This document shows positions 33,418-41,737 of a stretch of 49,235 bases of DNA, piece by piece. Source of the stretch: Chromatiales bacterium USCg_Taylor (lineage in GTDB: Bacteria > Pseudomonadota > Gammaproteobacteria > JACCXJ01); NCBI GenBank assembly GCA_002007425.1, contig MUGK01000002.1:1-49235 (forward strand), written 5' to 3'. The notes under the pieces were generated by a model, which had not been told where the DNA came from, ran no database searches, and was given only the letters and a program-made list of their open reading frames with translations. How positions within the stretch are numbered: the first letter of the stretch is position 1; each line of letters begins with the position of its first letter. The translations under genes and the position numbers were made by a program.

Positions 33418-33794
33418 GTTGCAACTACGCGTACGCTGTCCCGACCGCGTACTTCGGCCTCACAGAACGCCTCGGCGGGCAATACCTTGTCCACCCCGCA
33501 GATCTTGGCGATCGCCAGCATGCGGGCCGGGATGTTTTGAAATCGAACTGCTACCTTGTGCCGGCGGCCTTCCCGGGCCCAATTTACTAACAGCGCAAGC
33601 CCGGCGCTGTCGATCCTTACCACCGCTTTTAAGTCCACAACAACCGAAGAATCGGTGAACATCCCGGCTCCTCGATCGAGGATGCTTGGAACCGTCCCGA
33701 TGTCAACGTCTCCCGCCAGGGACCAACTTCCTTTAGCCTCGTGTGCGAGCGCTATCCCGTCGTTGGAGCTACTTTTTTTCGTTCTTCGTTTCAA
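33414..33794 (-). CDS. mlaB: STAS-domain lipid asymmetry maintenance protein MlaB
   Basis: STAS-like segment (VVVDLKAVVRIDSAGLALLVNWAREGRR) directly downstream of mlaC. The start is uncertain and the track start overlaps mlaC by 26 nt. Confidence 0.6.
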
Positions 33795-34374
33795 GGCTCT
33801 TGATGAGGCTATCGATCCCCGATTTACGGATCTCGGAGGCGAACGATGCGCGATAGGTCGCCACCAAGCTTACCCCGTCCACAGAAACGTCGAATACTTT
33901 CCAGGCGTTGTCTTTGACATGCATGCGGTAATTAATGGGAACTACGGCGCTGCCAGGCTGTTCTATTTCAGTGCGCACGGTAACCAGCGTGGCATCCGAT
34001 TCCGCCCGCACCGGGAAATAGCGTGTTTCACGATCGGCATACTCGAGGAGCGCCGTCGCATAGGTTTTCACCAGCAGTTTGCGAAACTCCTCTACGAAAC
34101 GTGACCGCTGCGCCGCATCGGCGCTGCGCCAATGCTTGCCCAGCACCCACTGGGACATACGCGCAAAGTCAAAGTGCGGAATGATCAGTTCATCGACAAG
34201 CTGGTGCAATCGCACCGAATCCTTTCGCAGTACGGCACGCTCGTTTTTAACTCGCGCCGTGACCTGGTCCGCCGTGCGTTTCACGAGCTCTGCAGCGTCT
34301 TTCGCGACGGCCGCGAGTGCTAACGCGCACCACGCGAAACAGATCAAAGAAACAACAAGTCGTATACGCTTCAT
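33769..34374 (-). CDS. mlaC: Periplasmic phospholipid-binding protein MlaC (Ttg2D family)
   Basis: 201 aa with a signal peptide ending ALALAAVA and a MlaC-like core (IIPHFDFARMSQWVLGKHWR...FVEEFRKLLVKTYA). GGGAGA SD lies upstream. Confidence 0.8.
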   Translation of the reverse strand: MKRIRLVVSLICFAWCALALAAVAKDAAELVKRTADQVTARVKNERAVLRKDSVRLHQLVDELIIPHFDFARMSQWVLGKHWRSADAAQRSRFVEEFRKLLVKTYATALLEYADRETRYFPVRAESDATLVTVRTEIEQPGSAVVPINYRMHVKDNAWKVFDVSVDGVSLVATYRASFASEIRKSGIDSLIKSLETKNEKK

Positions 34375-34913
34375 GATGCCTAATCTCCCGCCTCACCGGT
34401 TTCCCGAGTCAGTGGCGTTGTTCGTACCGAATCCTAGTCGACCTGTCCCACGGGATCCGCTACCGCCGTTTATAAAATAAGCGGCCTCCCGCCTACGTGC
34501 AACCAATGGCCCCGAACCCGCGATCCGGAACCGAGTGAAATGGGCCCGCTCCGGGTCTCCTCGGTCGCTTATTGGCCAACTTTCGTGCAAACGTCGCTAC
34601 GGATGCGTGTAACACGGCCTTTCCAGCTTTTTCCTCTTGTTCGATTATGAATTTGAGATTGTACAGCAATCGATCCCGCTAAACCCCATACGTTTCACCC
34701 CGATGGCCTAAAGCGGGTTACAGTGGAGCGCGCTTTTGACAAGTAGGCGTTCGCAAACCCGTGCGCAAGCTCGCGCGGCGCCACATCGAGGCTCAGGACC
34801 CCGTGGCTGCCGCCGCGCCAAGGCGCGCCGCGACCGGCCATACTCCCCCTAACCGCGACGGTGGCTTACGCCGAGACCACCTATGATGCGATCTACCGCT
34901 GCCAAGCGCCCAC

Positions 34914-35444
34914 TTAGGGCGCTTGCGGCGGCGTATTCGGTTCGTTCGGAGCCGCGCCGCGAACGAGCTCTTTCGCTTGCTCCAATTTCATACGGTCCCA
35001 GGCTGAGATGATGTCTTTCAAACGCCCTACTGTATCGGCATCCACCTCCGTGAGATCACCCGATGCCGATTTTCGTGCGTCCTGTTCCGAACTCCCAGCC
35101 TCGGCGGCGGTTGAATCGGCTGCCGCGGTCTGGGCTTCTCCCTCAACCGAAACCTCAAGAACAGTCGTAGCGGCGCGCGTAGACTCCTGCGCTTGAAATG
35201 CTTGGCTTCGAAGCTCATCCCGCGTACCTTCCGGCACAACGATGGCCGTGTCATCGATGGCCTTGCCCCTCTCAAAGACGAGTACGCGCGGCCCACCCTG
35301 GAGACTCCGATACCAGGTGGGGGGGTTCCCGGAAAGTTGCGTATTCCCCGAGCTTGGGTTGATCCACTGGTACATGCGCGCCTGCGCCGGTATGACGACG
35401 CATAGTACGCCGGACAAAACAACGCATGCTGTTTGGCTCTTCAT
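34914..35444 (-). CDS. DUF4124-domain secreted protein
   Basis: 176 aa with a signal peptide and then MYQWINPSSGNTQLSGNPP, which fits the DUF4124 pattern (Y-W-D/N..G....S..PP). The C-terminal half is low complexity. Confidence 0.6.
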   Translation of the reverse strand: MKSQTACVVLSGVLCVVIPAQARMYQWINPSSGNTQLSGNPPTWYRSLQGGPRVLVFERGKAIDDTAIVVPEGTRDELRSQAFQAQESTRAATTVLEVSVEGEAQTAAADSTAAEAGSSEQDARKSASGDLTEVDADTVGRLKDIISAWDRMKLEQAKELVRGAAPNEPNTPPQAP

Positions 35445-35633
35445 GTTCTCGCCCCTTGCTGGATCATGCCGCGGTTACCGCCCAAGTATAGCACCAGTTT
35501 GCAGTTTGCCCTTATAACTCCAGGTGTTGTAAACACAATGCCTTGGCGATGACCGATACCGATCTCAGGCTCATCTCCGCCGCTGAGCCAGCTCTGTAAG
35601 CTCATGATAGTATAGACGGTATGGCGGCCTACC

Positions 35634-36383
35634 ATGTCAGACTGGGCCTGGCACCTCGAGTTTAACCAGCGCTTGATCGAGTGCCGGCGCTGTCCGCGCC
35701 TGGTCGCCTACCGCGAGCGGATCGCCCGCACCAAGGTCAAGCGCTTCCGAACAAACGATTACTGGGGCCGGCCGGTACCGAGCTTCGGTGATTCGGACGC
35801 GCGCCTCTTGGTCATTGGACTCGCTTCGGCCGCACACGGTGGTAATAGGACTGGACGCATGTTCACCGGCGATCGCAGCGGCGATTGGCTCTATGAAGCG
35901 CTTTACGGTGCGGGCTTCGCCAATCGGCCGACCTCAACGCACGCCGACGACGGCCTCGCGCTGCACGACTGTTACATCACGGCCGCCATCCACTGCGCAC
36001 CGCCCGCAAACAAACCCTTGGGCGAAGAGTTCACCGCCTGCCGGCCGTACTTGTTGCAAGAGCTGCAGCGGCTGGAACACTTACGCGCGGTCATCGTACT
36101 CGGCCGCAGCGCGTTCAACGCTTATCTCAACGCACGCCGAGCGCTGGGGCTTCCGGTACCATCACCCGTCCCGGCATTCGGCCATGCTCGCTGCCACGGC
36201 ATCGCCGGCTTGACGCTCATATGCTCCTACCACCCGAGCCAGCGAAACACCTTCACCGGGCGCCTCACCCGCGAGATGTTTCACCAAGTATTTCAGTGCG
36301 CGCGCGCCACGCTCGACGCAGCGCCGGCGATCGGAAAAAAGGCGGGGAAAAGCCCCGCCAAACACTCAACGCTGGGAGCTTAA
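35634..36383 (+). CDS. Uracil-DNA glycosylase superfamily protein (family 4/5-like, Fe-S type)
   Basis: 249 aa with CRRCPRL cysteines, motif A-like VIGLASAAHGGNRTGRMFTGD and motif B-like SYHPSQRN. Confidence 0.75.
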   Translation: MSDWAWHLEFNQRLIECRRCPRLVAYRERIARTKVKRFRTNDYWGRPVPSFGDSDARLLVIGLASAAHGGNRTGRMFTGDRSGDWLYEALYGAGFANRPTSTHADDGLALHDCYITAAIHCAPPANKPLGEEFTACRPYLLQELQRLEHLRAVIVLGRSAFNAYLNARRALGLPVPSPVPAFGHARCHGIAGLTLICSYHPSQRNTFTGRLTREMFHQVFQCARATLDAAPAIGKKAGKSPAKHSTLGA

Positions 36384-36494
36384 CCCTGCACGGCGATTTT
36401 GCGCGGTTGCACGCGACCGCTTGGCGGAGGGCCGCTGTTCGGTATTTCAAGGGCAGCACGTGCAGCCCGACGAACGGAGAATCCTTCGCTACGT

Positions 36495-37139
36495 TTAGAG
36501 CCGATAGGCCACGGTGGTCATCACCTTCGAGGCGGCCCTCATAAGTATTTTGATGACTTCAGGCAGACCTGCGGCGCCCGTCTCGATGGCGACCGTGGCA
36601 TGGTGTGCTTCATCCCTTTTCATCCGCTGCAGGATCGCGCGGCTGCGAGCGTCGTCGGGCGGCAACTCGTTCAGGTGCTCTTCCAAGTGCCGAACGACTT
36701 GGCGCTCGGTCTCGGCGATGAATCCGAGGCTCCACCGGTCACCCGCAATACCGGCGGTGACACCGAACATAAAGGATCCAAAATACCAAAACGGATTCAA
36801 TAAGCTCGTACGTCCCCCAAGCTCACGCAAGCGCTCGTCGCACCAATAGAGGTGATCGTTTTCTTCGCTGGCCGATTTTGCCATCGTCTCCCGTACCGCC
36901 GGATCGCGGGCCGCAAGCGACTGGCCATGGTACAAGGCCTGTGCAGCCACCTCGCCCGCGTGGTTTACGCGCATGAGTCCTTCCGAGCGGAGGCGGTGCT
37001 CTTTCGAGGAATCGAGATCGCGTAAATCGGTGCCGGGCACCGGCGCCATCGAGCTATCCTGGACGCTAAAGACGGTTCTTATCCCCTTATCGAGATTGAT
37101 CAGAACGCTATCGAGAAAAGAATACTTGCGGCCTTCCAT
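36495..37139 (-). CDS. coq7: Demethoxyubiquinone hydroxylase Coq7 (di-iron carboxylate)
   Basis: 214 aa with MRVNHAGEVAAQALYHGQ, EENDHLYWC and ETERQVVRHLEEHL, which are the Coq7 iron-ligand repeats. Confidence 0.85.
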   Translation of the reverse strand: MEGRKYSFLDSVLINLDKGIRTVFSVQDSSMAPVPGTDLRDLDSSKEHRLRSEGLMRVNHAGEVAAQALYHGQSLAARDPAVRETMAKSASEENDHLYWCDERLRELGGRTSLLNPFWYFGSFMFGVTAGIAGDRWSLGFIAETERQVVRHLEEHLNELPPDDARSRAILQRMKRDEAHHATVAIETGAAGLPEVIKILMRAASKVMTTVAYRL

Positions 37140-37680
37140 TATTGTCGAGAGTAGGTGAGGTCCACCAGGATTCTAGCATACGAATCACGCGGCTTGGCGT
37201 TTCGCGGGGCACAAAAGGCCCCTTGATGCGTCGGCCGGGCAGGCGGCGTTTGCTAGGCCCGGGTCCGATGCTTCGCCACCGCATCAAGGGTCAAGACAAA
37301 GGATTAGGAGGCGTTGACATTCGTGTGCAAAGAACAACGACGCACGCTGTAAAGCACGAAGCAAGCGGCAAAACCACGCGCGTGTCGATTCCCCCTCCCA
37401 CGAATCGCAAGGCATTCAACGAACCTTGCCCTTGCGGGGGGCGTGCGCCCCCTGTCATCTCAACGGGGCTGCTAAACGGCGCCTCTCCATTGCCACCTAG
37501 CTCGCATACCCATCGCTGTTCGACCAGCAAGCTACTAAACGAATGTCAACGCAGCGCAAGACTACGCGCGGCCGGTCACAACGTCTGTCGGTGGGAGTTC
37601 GAATTTCGCGTAGGTCAACGTACGGCAAGGGTCCGCGTTTGTCCTACGCTGCGCCCTTAATGCGGACCAGGGAAACACGG

Positions 37681-38313
37681 TTACGCGACCAAGCCGTGCT
37701 TCACGCAGTAATAAGTTAACTCGGCGCTGGTCCGTAGACGCAGTTTTTCAAGGATGCGCACCCGGTAAGTGCTGACGGTTTTGACGCTGAGATGCATCAG
37801 TTCCGCGATCTCGCTAACGGTATTTCCGGCGGCGATCAGGCACATCACCCGGTACTCCTGTTGCGACAAGCGCTCGTGGGGCGCTGCTTCCGCACCACCG
37901 GAGATCTCGGTAATAAGCCGTTCCGCCAAAGATTGCGTGACATAGCGGCCGCCCGCGAGAACCCGCTTAACCGCCGTCACCAACTCCTCGGGAGCCCGAT
38001 CTTTGGTGAGATAGCCCGCGGCCCCGGCTTTGAGCGCGCGCACCGCAAACTGCTCCTCGGCGTGCATGCTGAGCACAAACACCGGGACCGCCGGGAGCGC
38101 CCGCTTGACCCTCACCAGCGTTTCCAATCCGTCATTTCCCGGCATGGATACGTCGAGCAGCACCAGATCCCAGAGCCCGGTTCGCACGAGCTGTTCGACC
38201 TCCTGGCCGGTGGCGGCCTCCCCTACATCTAAATCCGGGAACGCCTCCCGGAGCAGGTCGCGGATCCCGCGACGCATCAAAGGATGGTCATCAGCGATCA
38301 AAAACTTCATCAT
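37681..38313 (-). CDS. NarL/FixJ-family response regulator
   Basis: 210 aa. The receiver has FLIADDHPLMRRG, DLVLLDVSMPG and YLTKD. The LuxR HTH is LSQQEYRVMCLIAAGNTVSEIAELMHLSVKTVSTYRVRI. Confidence 0.9.
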   Translation of the reverse strand: MMKFLIADDHPLMRRGIRDLLREAFPDLDVGEAATGQEVEQLVRTGLWDLVLLDVSMPGNDGLETLVRVKRALPAVPVFVLSMHAEEQFAVRALKAGAAGYLTKDRAPEELVTAVKRVLAGGRYVTQSLAERLITEISGGAEAAPHERLSQQEYRVMCLIAAGNTVSEIAELMHLSVKTVSTYRVRILEKLRLRTSAELTYYCVKHGLVA

Positions 38314-38411
38314 CGCTGCTCATCCCAACCACCGTGCGCCGGCCGCGCGCGCTTTCGGCGCGGCGTTGGCGGATTAATAAAGGGAGCGAGCATTCGCGTG
38401 AGCCGCTGCCG

Positions 38412-39773
38412 CTACGGCGAGGGTCTAATTGGAAAGGTAACGGTTAATGTCGTCCCCGGCGGACCGCCGATGGTAAGCGCCCCGCCGAGCTCCCGGGCGC
38501 GCTCCTCGATCCCGAGCAGCCCCAGTGAGCGCCGCGGCTCGCGGTCAGAGGGTTCAATCCCGCGCCCGTCGTCCTGGACCTCGAGTCGCGCGTTGCCCTC
38601 CGAGTGGCCCATCCGCAGCTGGACGCAGCGTGCTTGGGCATGGCGGGCGACGTTGGTTAGGGCTTCCTGGGCGATGCGATAGAGCGCGGTGGCCTGGGCG
38701 GGAGTCAGATTGACCGCCGGGCCCAGGCTCGGCTCGACGCCGATCCCCGTGCGTTCGTTGAACTGCCGGAGCAGCAGATCGAGGGCCGGAACCAGACCGA
38801 GGTTGTCGAGCACTGCCGGTCGCAGCTCGGTGGCGACGCGGCGCACCAGGCTCACGGTCGCGTCGACGTGCCGGGACATGGCGTTGAGACGCTGCGCTAT
38901 CCGTTGGTCACTGGCCTCGTGATCTTCGATCCGGCGCTGTATCCAGGCGATGTCCATCTTGATCCCGGTCAGCGACTGTCCAAGTTGGTCGTGGAGCTCG
39001 CGCGCGATTTGAGTACGTTCTTCCTCACGGCTGAGATTGAGATACTGCACCAGGTTGCGCAATTGCGCCCGGGATGCGGCGAGCGCCCGCTGGGTGCGCC
39101 GCCGCTCAACGATATCGAGGGCGATGCATACCGCGCCCTGCAGGCTGCCGTCGCGAGCACGCAAGGGAGCGGCGGAGAACAACACCGGGATGCGTTGTCC
39201 ATCCCGACGATAATAATAGGTCTCCTGCTCGGTCACGCCGGTAAACAGGAACTCCAGTGTGAGCGCGGTATCGTTTAGGCCCAGGACGCGCTGAATCGAA
39301 GAGCCCGTCAAATCGCGCTCCGGATAGCCCAAGAGCGAGCAGCTTGCGGGATTGACCGTTTCTATGACGCCCGTGGGCGAGACCACGATCAGCGATTCGG
39401 ACAGCGAACGGATCACATTATCGAGATAAGTCCGGGAAACGGCGTTGCGCTCAAGAACCTCTGCCATTTGATTAAAAGCGATTGCCAACCGCCCGAGCTC
39501 GTCGCCGGACTCCGGTAATACCCGTCGCGATAAGTGGCCGGCCGCCTGCGCCTGCGTCGCGGCGAGGAGCGAGCGTACCCGCAGGGTCACGCTGCGCAGG
39601 GTCAGGAATCCAGCGGTAACGCCGGCCAGCAACGCGCAGAGGCGGAAGCCCGAACCCAGCGCGCTGAACTCATGGGCGTACCAGTAGACGACAAGGTCGC
39701 TCATCAGGAATAGAGCGATGATGGCGCCCATTCCGAGCGCCAGTCTTCCTCCAATGGTCCAACGCATCGTCAT
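38412..39773 (-). CDS. NarX-type (HisKA_3) sensor histidine kinase with HAMP and PAS
   Basis: 453 aa with two N-terminal TM helices joined by a very short loop. It then has HAMP, a PAS-like region, H-box ARELHDQLGQSLTG and an HATPase domain (VQDDGRGI, GLLGIEERARELGG). Confidence 0.85.
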   Translation of the reverse strand: MTMRWTIGGRLALGMGAIIALFLMSDLVVYWYAHEFSALGSGFRLCALLAGVTAGFLTLRSVTLRVRSLLAATQAQAAGHLSRRVLPESGDELGRLAIAFNQMAEVLERNAVSRTYLDNVIRSLSESLIVVSPTGVIETVNPASCSLLGYPERDLTGSSIQRVLGLNDTALTLEFLFTGVTEQETYYYRRDGQRIPVLFSAAPLRARDGSLQGAVCIALDIVERRRTQRALAASRAQLRNLVQYLNLSREEERTQIARELHDQLGQSLTGIKMDIAWIQRRIEDHEASDQRIAQRLNAMSRHVDATVSLVRRVATELRPAVLDNLGLVPALDLLLRQFNERTGIGVEPSLGPAVNLTPAQATALYRIAQEALTNVARHAQARCVQLRMGHSEGNARLEVQDDGRGIEPSDREPRRSLGLLGIEERARELGGALTIGGPPGTTLTVTFPIRPSP

Positions 39774-39827
39774 GCCCGTTGCGGCCGGCCCGTTCTTAGC
39801 CTCGCGGCTATCGTAAGCTGGTTGTTA

Positions 39828-39856
39828 TTGACAGCAATAAAAGCAAAAACTACGAT
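39828..39856 (+). promoter_or_regulatory. Putative sigma70 promoter of rplM-rpsI
   Basis: TTGACA (39828-39833), a 17-nt spacer, then TACGAT (39851-39856), located 27 nt upstream of the rplM ATG. Confidence 0.5.
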
Positions 39857-39882
39857 CGATTGCTTTTGAAAGCAATAAACTT

Positions 39883-40311
39883 ATGAAGACCTTCAGCGCT
39901 ACGCCTGTGGACATAGAACGCAACTGGTACGTCGTCGACGCCCAGGGCAAGGTGTTGGGGCGTCTCGCAAGCGAGATTGCCAAACGGCTGCGAGGTAAGC
40001 ATAAACCCATATATACACCGCACATGGACACCGGCGACTACATCATTGTAGTCAATGCCGAAAAGATACAGGTCACGGGAAACAAGCCCCAGGGAAAAAT
40101 CTACTATAACCATTCCGGTTACACTGGTGGTCTCAAGTCGACGAGCTTCGACAAGCTCCGCCGGCGGGCGCCGCACCGTGTCATCGAGCGCGCGGTCAAG
40201 GGCATGCTTCCGAAGGGCCCGCTCGGACGCCAGATTTTTCGCAAACTGAAAGTGTACCCGGGGCCCAAGCACAAGCACAGCGCCCAGCAACCTCTGATCC
40301 TGGAACTATAA
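39883..40311 (+). CDS. rplM: 50S ribosomal protein L13
   Basis: 142 aa starting [30 protein letters not shown]. Confidence 0.97.
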   Translation: MKTFSATPVDIERNWYVVDAQGKVLGRLASEIAKRLRGKHKPIYTPHMDTGDYIIVVNAEKIQVTGNKPQGKIYYNHSGYTGGLKSTSFDKLRRRAPHRVIERAVKGMLPKGPLGRQIFRKLKVYPGPKHKHSAQQPLILEL

Positions 40312-40313
40312 CG

Positions 40314-40706
40314 ATGTCAGCTCAGATCTATCGCGGCACCGGCCGCCGCAAAAGCGCGACCGCGCGAGTATTCGTTAAGTCCGGCAACGGGCAGATTACG
40401 ATCAACAAGCGTACCTTGGACAATTATTTTGGGCGCGAAACGTCGCGCATGATTGTCCGCCAACCCTTGCAAACGGCGAACTTGGACGGGAAATTCGACC
40501 TCTTCATTACCGTGAAAGGCGGCGGCTCGTCGGGGCAAGCAGGGGCGATCCGCCATGGCATCACGCGAGCGCTCATCGAATACGACGATAACCTCAAGAG
40601 TCCCCTGCGCCGCGCTGGTTTCGTCACCCGCGACGCGCGCGAGGTCGAGCGCAAAAAGGTTGGGCTGCATAAAGCGCGTAAACGGCCGCAGTACTCGAAG
40701 CGTTAA
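40314..40706 (+). CDS. rpsI: 30S ribosomal protein S9
   Basis: 130 aa with [19 protein letters not shown] and the C-terminal [11 protein letters not shown]. Confidence 0.97.
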   Translation: MSAQIYRGTGRRKSATARVFVKSGNGQITINKRTLDNYFGRETSRMIVRQPLQTANLDGKFDLFITVKGGGSSGQAGAIRHGITRALIEYDDNLKSPLRRAGFVTRDAREVERKKVGLHKARKRPQYSKR

Positions 40707-40721
40707 GCTCCGGGCTCCCCC

Positions 40722-40795
40722 TGGGGGATCGTCTAGCGGTAGGACTACGGACTCTGACTCCGTCAACCTAGGTTCGAATCCTAGTCCCCCAGCCA
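40722..40795 (+). tRNA. tRNA-Gln (anticodon CUG)
   Basis: Manual cloverleaf fold. Acceptor UGGGGGA pairs with UCCCCCA. The D arm is GUCU/GGAC. The anticodon stem ACGGA/UCCGU carries loop CU-CUG-AC. The T arm is CUAGG-UUCGAAU-CCUAG. Discriminator G and an encoded CCA follow. U1-A72 with G73 is typical of tRNA-Gln. Confidence 0.9.
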
Positions 40796-40852
40796 AACGT
40801 ACTGACGGCGGATCCAAGCGACCCTCGCGGCGAACCGTTGCCCGAGCACTGA

Positions 40853-40885
40853 TAAAAAAACACCCTCGCATCCCTTCGAGGGTGT
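40853..40885 (-). terminator. Rho-independent terminator oriented for leftward transcription
   Basis: The minus strand reads ACACCCUCG-AAGGGAUG-CGAGGGUGU followed by UUUUUUU, giving a 9-bp GC-rich stem, an 8-nt loop and a U7 tail. On the plus strand the hairpin is preceded by A7 and has no U tract after it. Confidence 0.55.
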
Positions 40886-41046
40886 ACAGGGCCGGATCGC
40901 GGGGAGGGGGATCGGGACCCGGCGCCTGCCTGAGATGTATCGGCAGGATGCGGTGGACATTTACGGCTGCATATATTCGGGAGCAATGATTGTGGCATCA
41001 CGATACAGACCATGCGCGCGCAGCTGGCGATGACGGCTCGGGTGTA

Positions 41047-41721
41047 GTGCGGGTGTCTTTGCGGAAACCGGAACTGGTGGTGCTGGATCTTGACGGTACG
41101 CTGGTCGATAGCGCCCCCGACCTCGCTTACAGCATCGACACGATGCTGATCCAGTTGGGCCTCTCGCCGCAAGGCGAGGATCGGGTAAGGACCTGGATCG
41201 GGAGCGGGGCGGAACGCTTGGTTAAACGCGCACTCACGGGAGATCTCTATGGCGAACCCGAGGAAGCACTTTTCCAAACTGCTGTTGCGCTCTTCTCGGA
41301 TATTTATGGGCAGAACACATGCCGGCGAAGCCGCCTGTACCCAGGCGTCCGCGAAGGGCTCGATTATCTCCTCGCAACGAACCGCAAGCTTGGTTGTGTC
41401 ACCAATAAGCGCGAGCGGTTCACGCAACCACTTCTGAAATCATTGGGGATCTTCGAGAATTTCGCTGTCGTGGTTGCCGGCGACAGCTTGGCCGCCAAAA
41501 AACCCGACCCACTGCCTCTTTTACACGTCGCAAGCGCAACCGGGGTCGTCGCGGAAAGGAGTCTAATGGTCGGGGATTCGGTCAACGACGTAACAGCCGC
41601 CCGTGCCGCCGGGTTTTCGGTGGTCTGTGTGCGCTACGGATACAATAACGGCGAAGACATTGCGGACACTCGACCCGATGCCATCGTTGACTCGTTGGCC
41701 GAGCTCGTAGCATTAATCTAA
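41047..41721 (+). CDS. gph: Phosphoglycolate phosphatase (HAD superfamily)
   Basis: HAD motifs [20 protein letters not shown] and [14 protein letters not shown] are present. It is collinear with E. coli Gph as recalled. The probable start is GTG 41047 or 41053. The track TTG 40990 adds about 19 non-homologous residues. Confidence 0.8.
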   Translation: MRVSLRKPELVVLDLDGTLVDSAPDLAYSIDTMLIQLGLSPQGEDRVRTWIGSGAERLVKRALTGDLYGEPEEALFQTAVALFSDIYGQNTCRRSRLYPGVREGLDYLLATNRKLGCVTNKRERFTQPLLKSLGIFENFAVVVAGDSLAAKKPDPLPLLHVASATGVVAERSLMVGDSVNDVTAARAAGFSVVCVRYGYNNGEDIADTRPDAIVDSLAELVALI

Positions 41722-41737
41722 CAGCAGCTTGCGAAGG

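Noticed and set aside
34375-34913. SRP (4.5S) RNA or 6S RNA in the mlaC upstream spacer.
   Set aside because: The conserved SRP domain IV sequence (GGAAGCAGCC with its partner strand) is absent. I also could not build a 6S-like closing stem and central bubble from the candidate TACAAT-to-terminator interval.
37142-37660. A 172-aa plus-strand ORF filling the coq7/RR spacer.
   Set aside because: Its composition (runs of R, G, P and short Cys patches) is not protein-like. It has no SD, no recognisable domain, and its start abuts the coq7 start on the other strand.
37140-37680. tmRNA (ssrA), suggested by the length, the heavy structure and motifs resembling UUCGA or GGAAUCGAC.
   Set aside because: Neither strand has a tRNA-like acceptor/T-arm pairing ending in CCA. 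There is no resume codon followed by an A-N-D...LAA-stop tag frame. The TTCGAAT segment at about 37597 does not sit in a T-stem.
40722-41046. tRNA-Gln as an integration site for a genomic island.
   Set aside because: No integrase gene is present. I could not see a direct repeat of the tRNA 3' end downstream. The following genes (gph, trpE) are core metabolism in conserved order.
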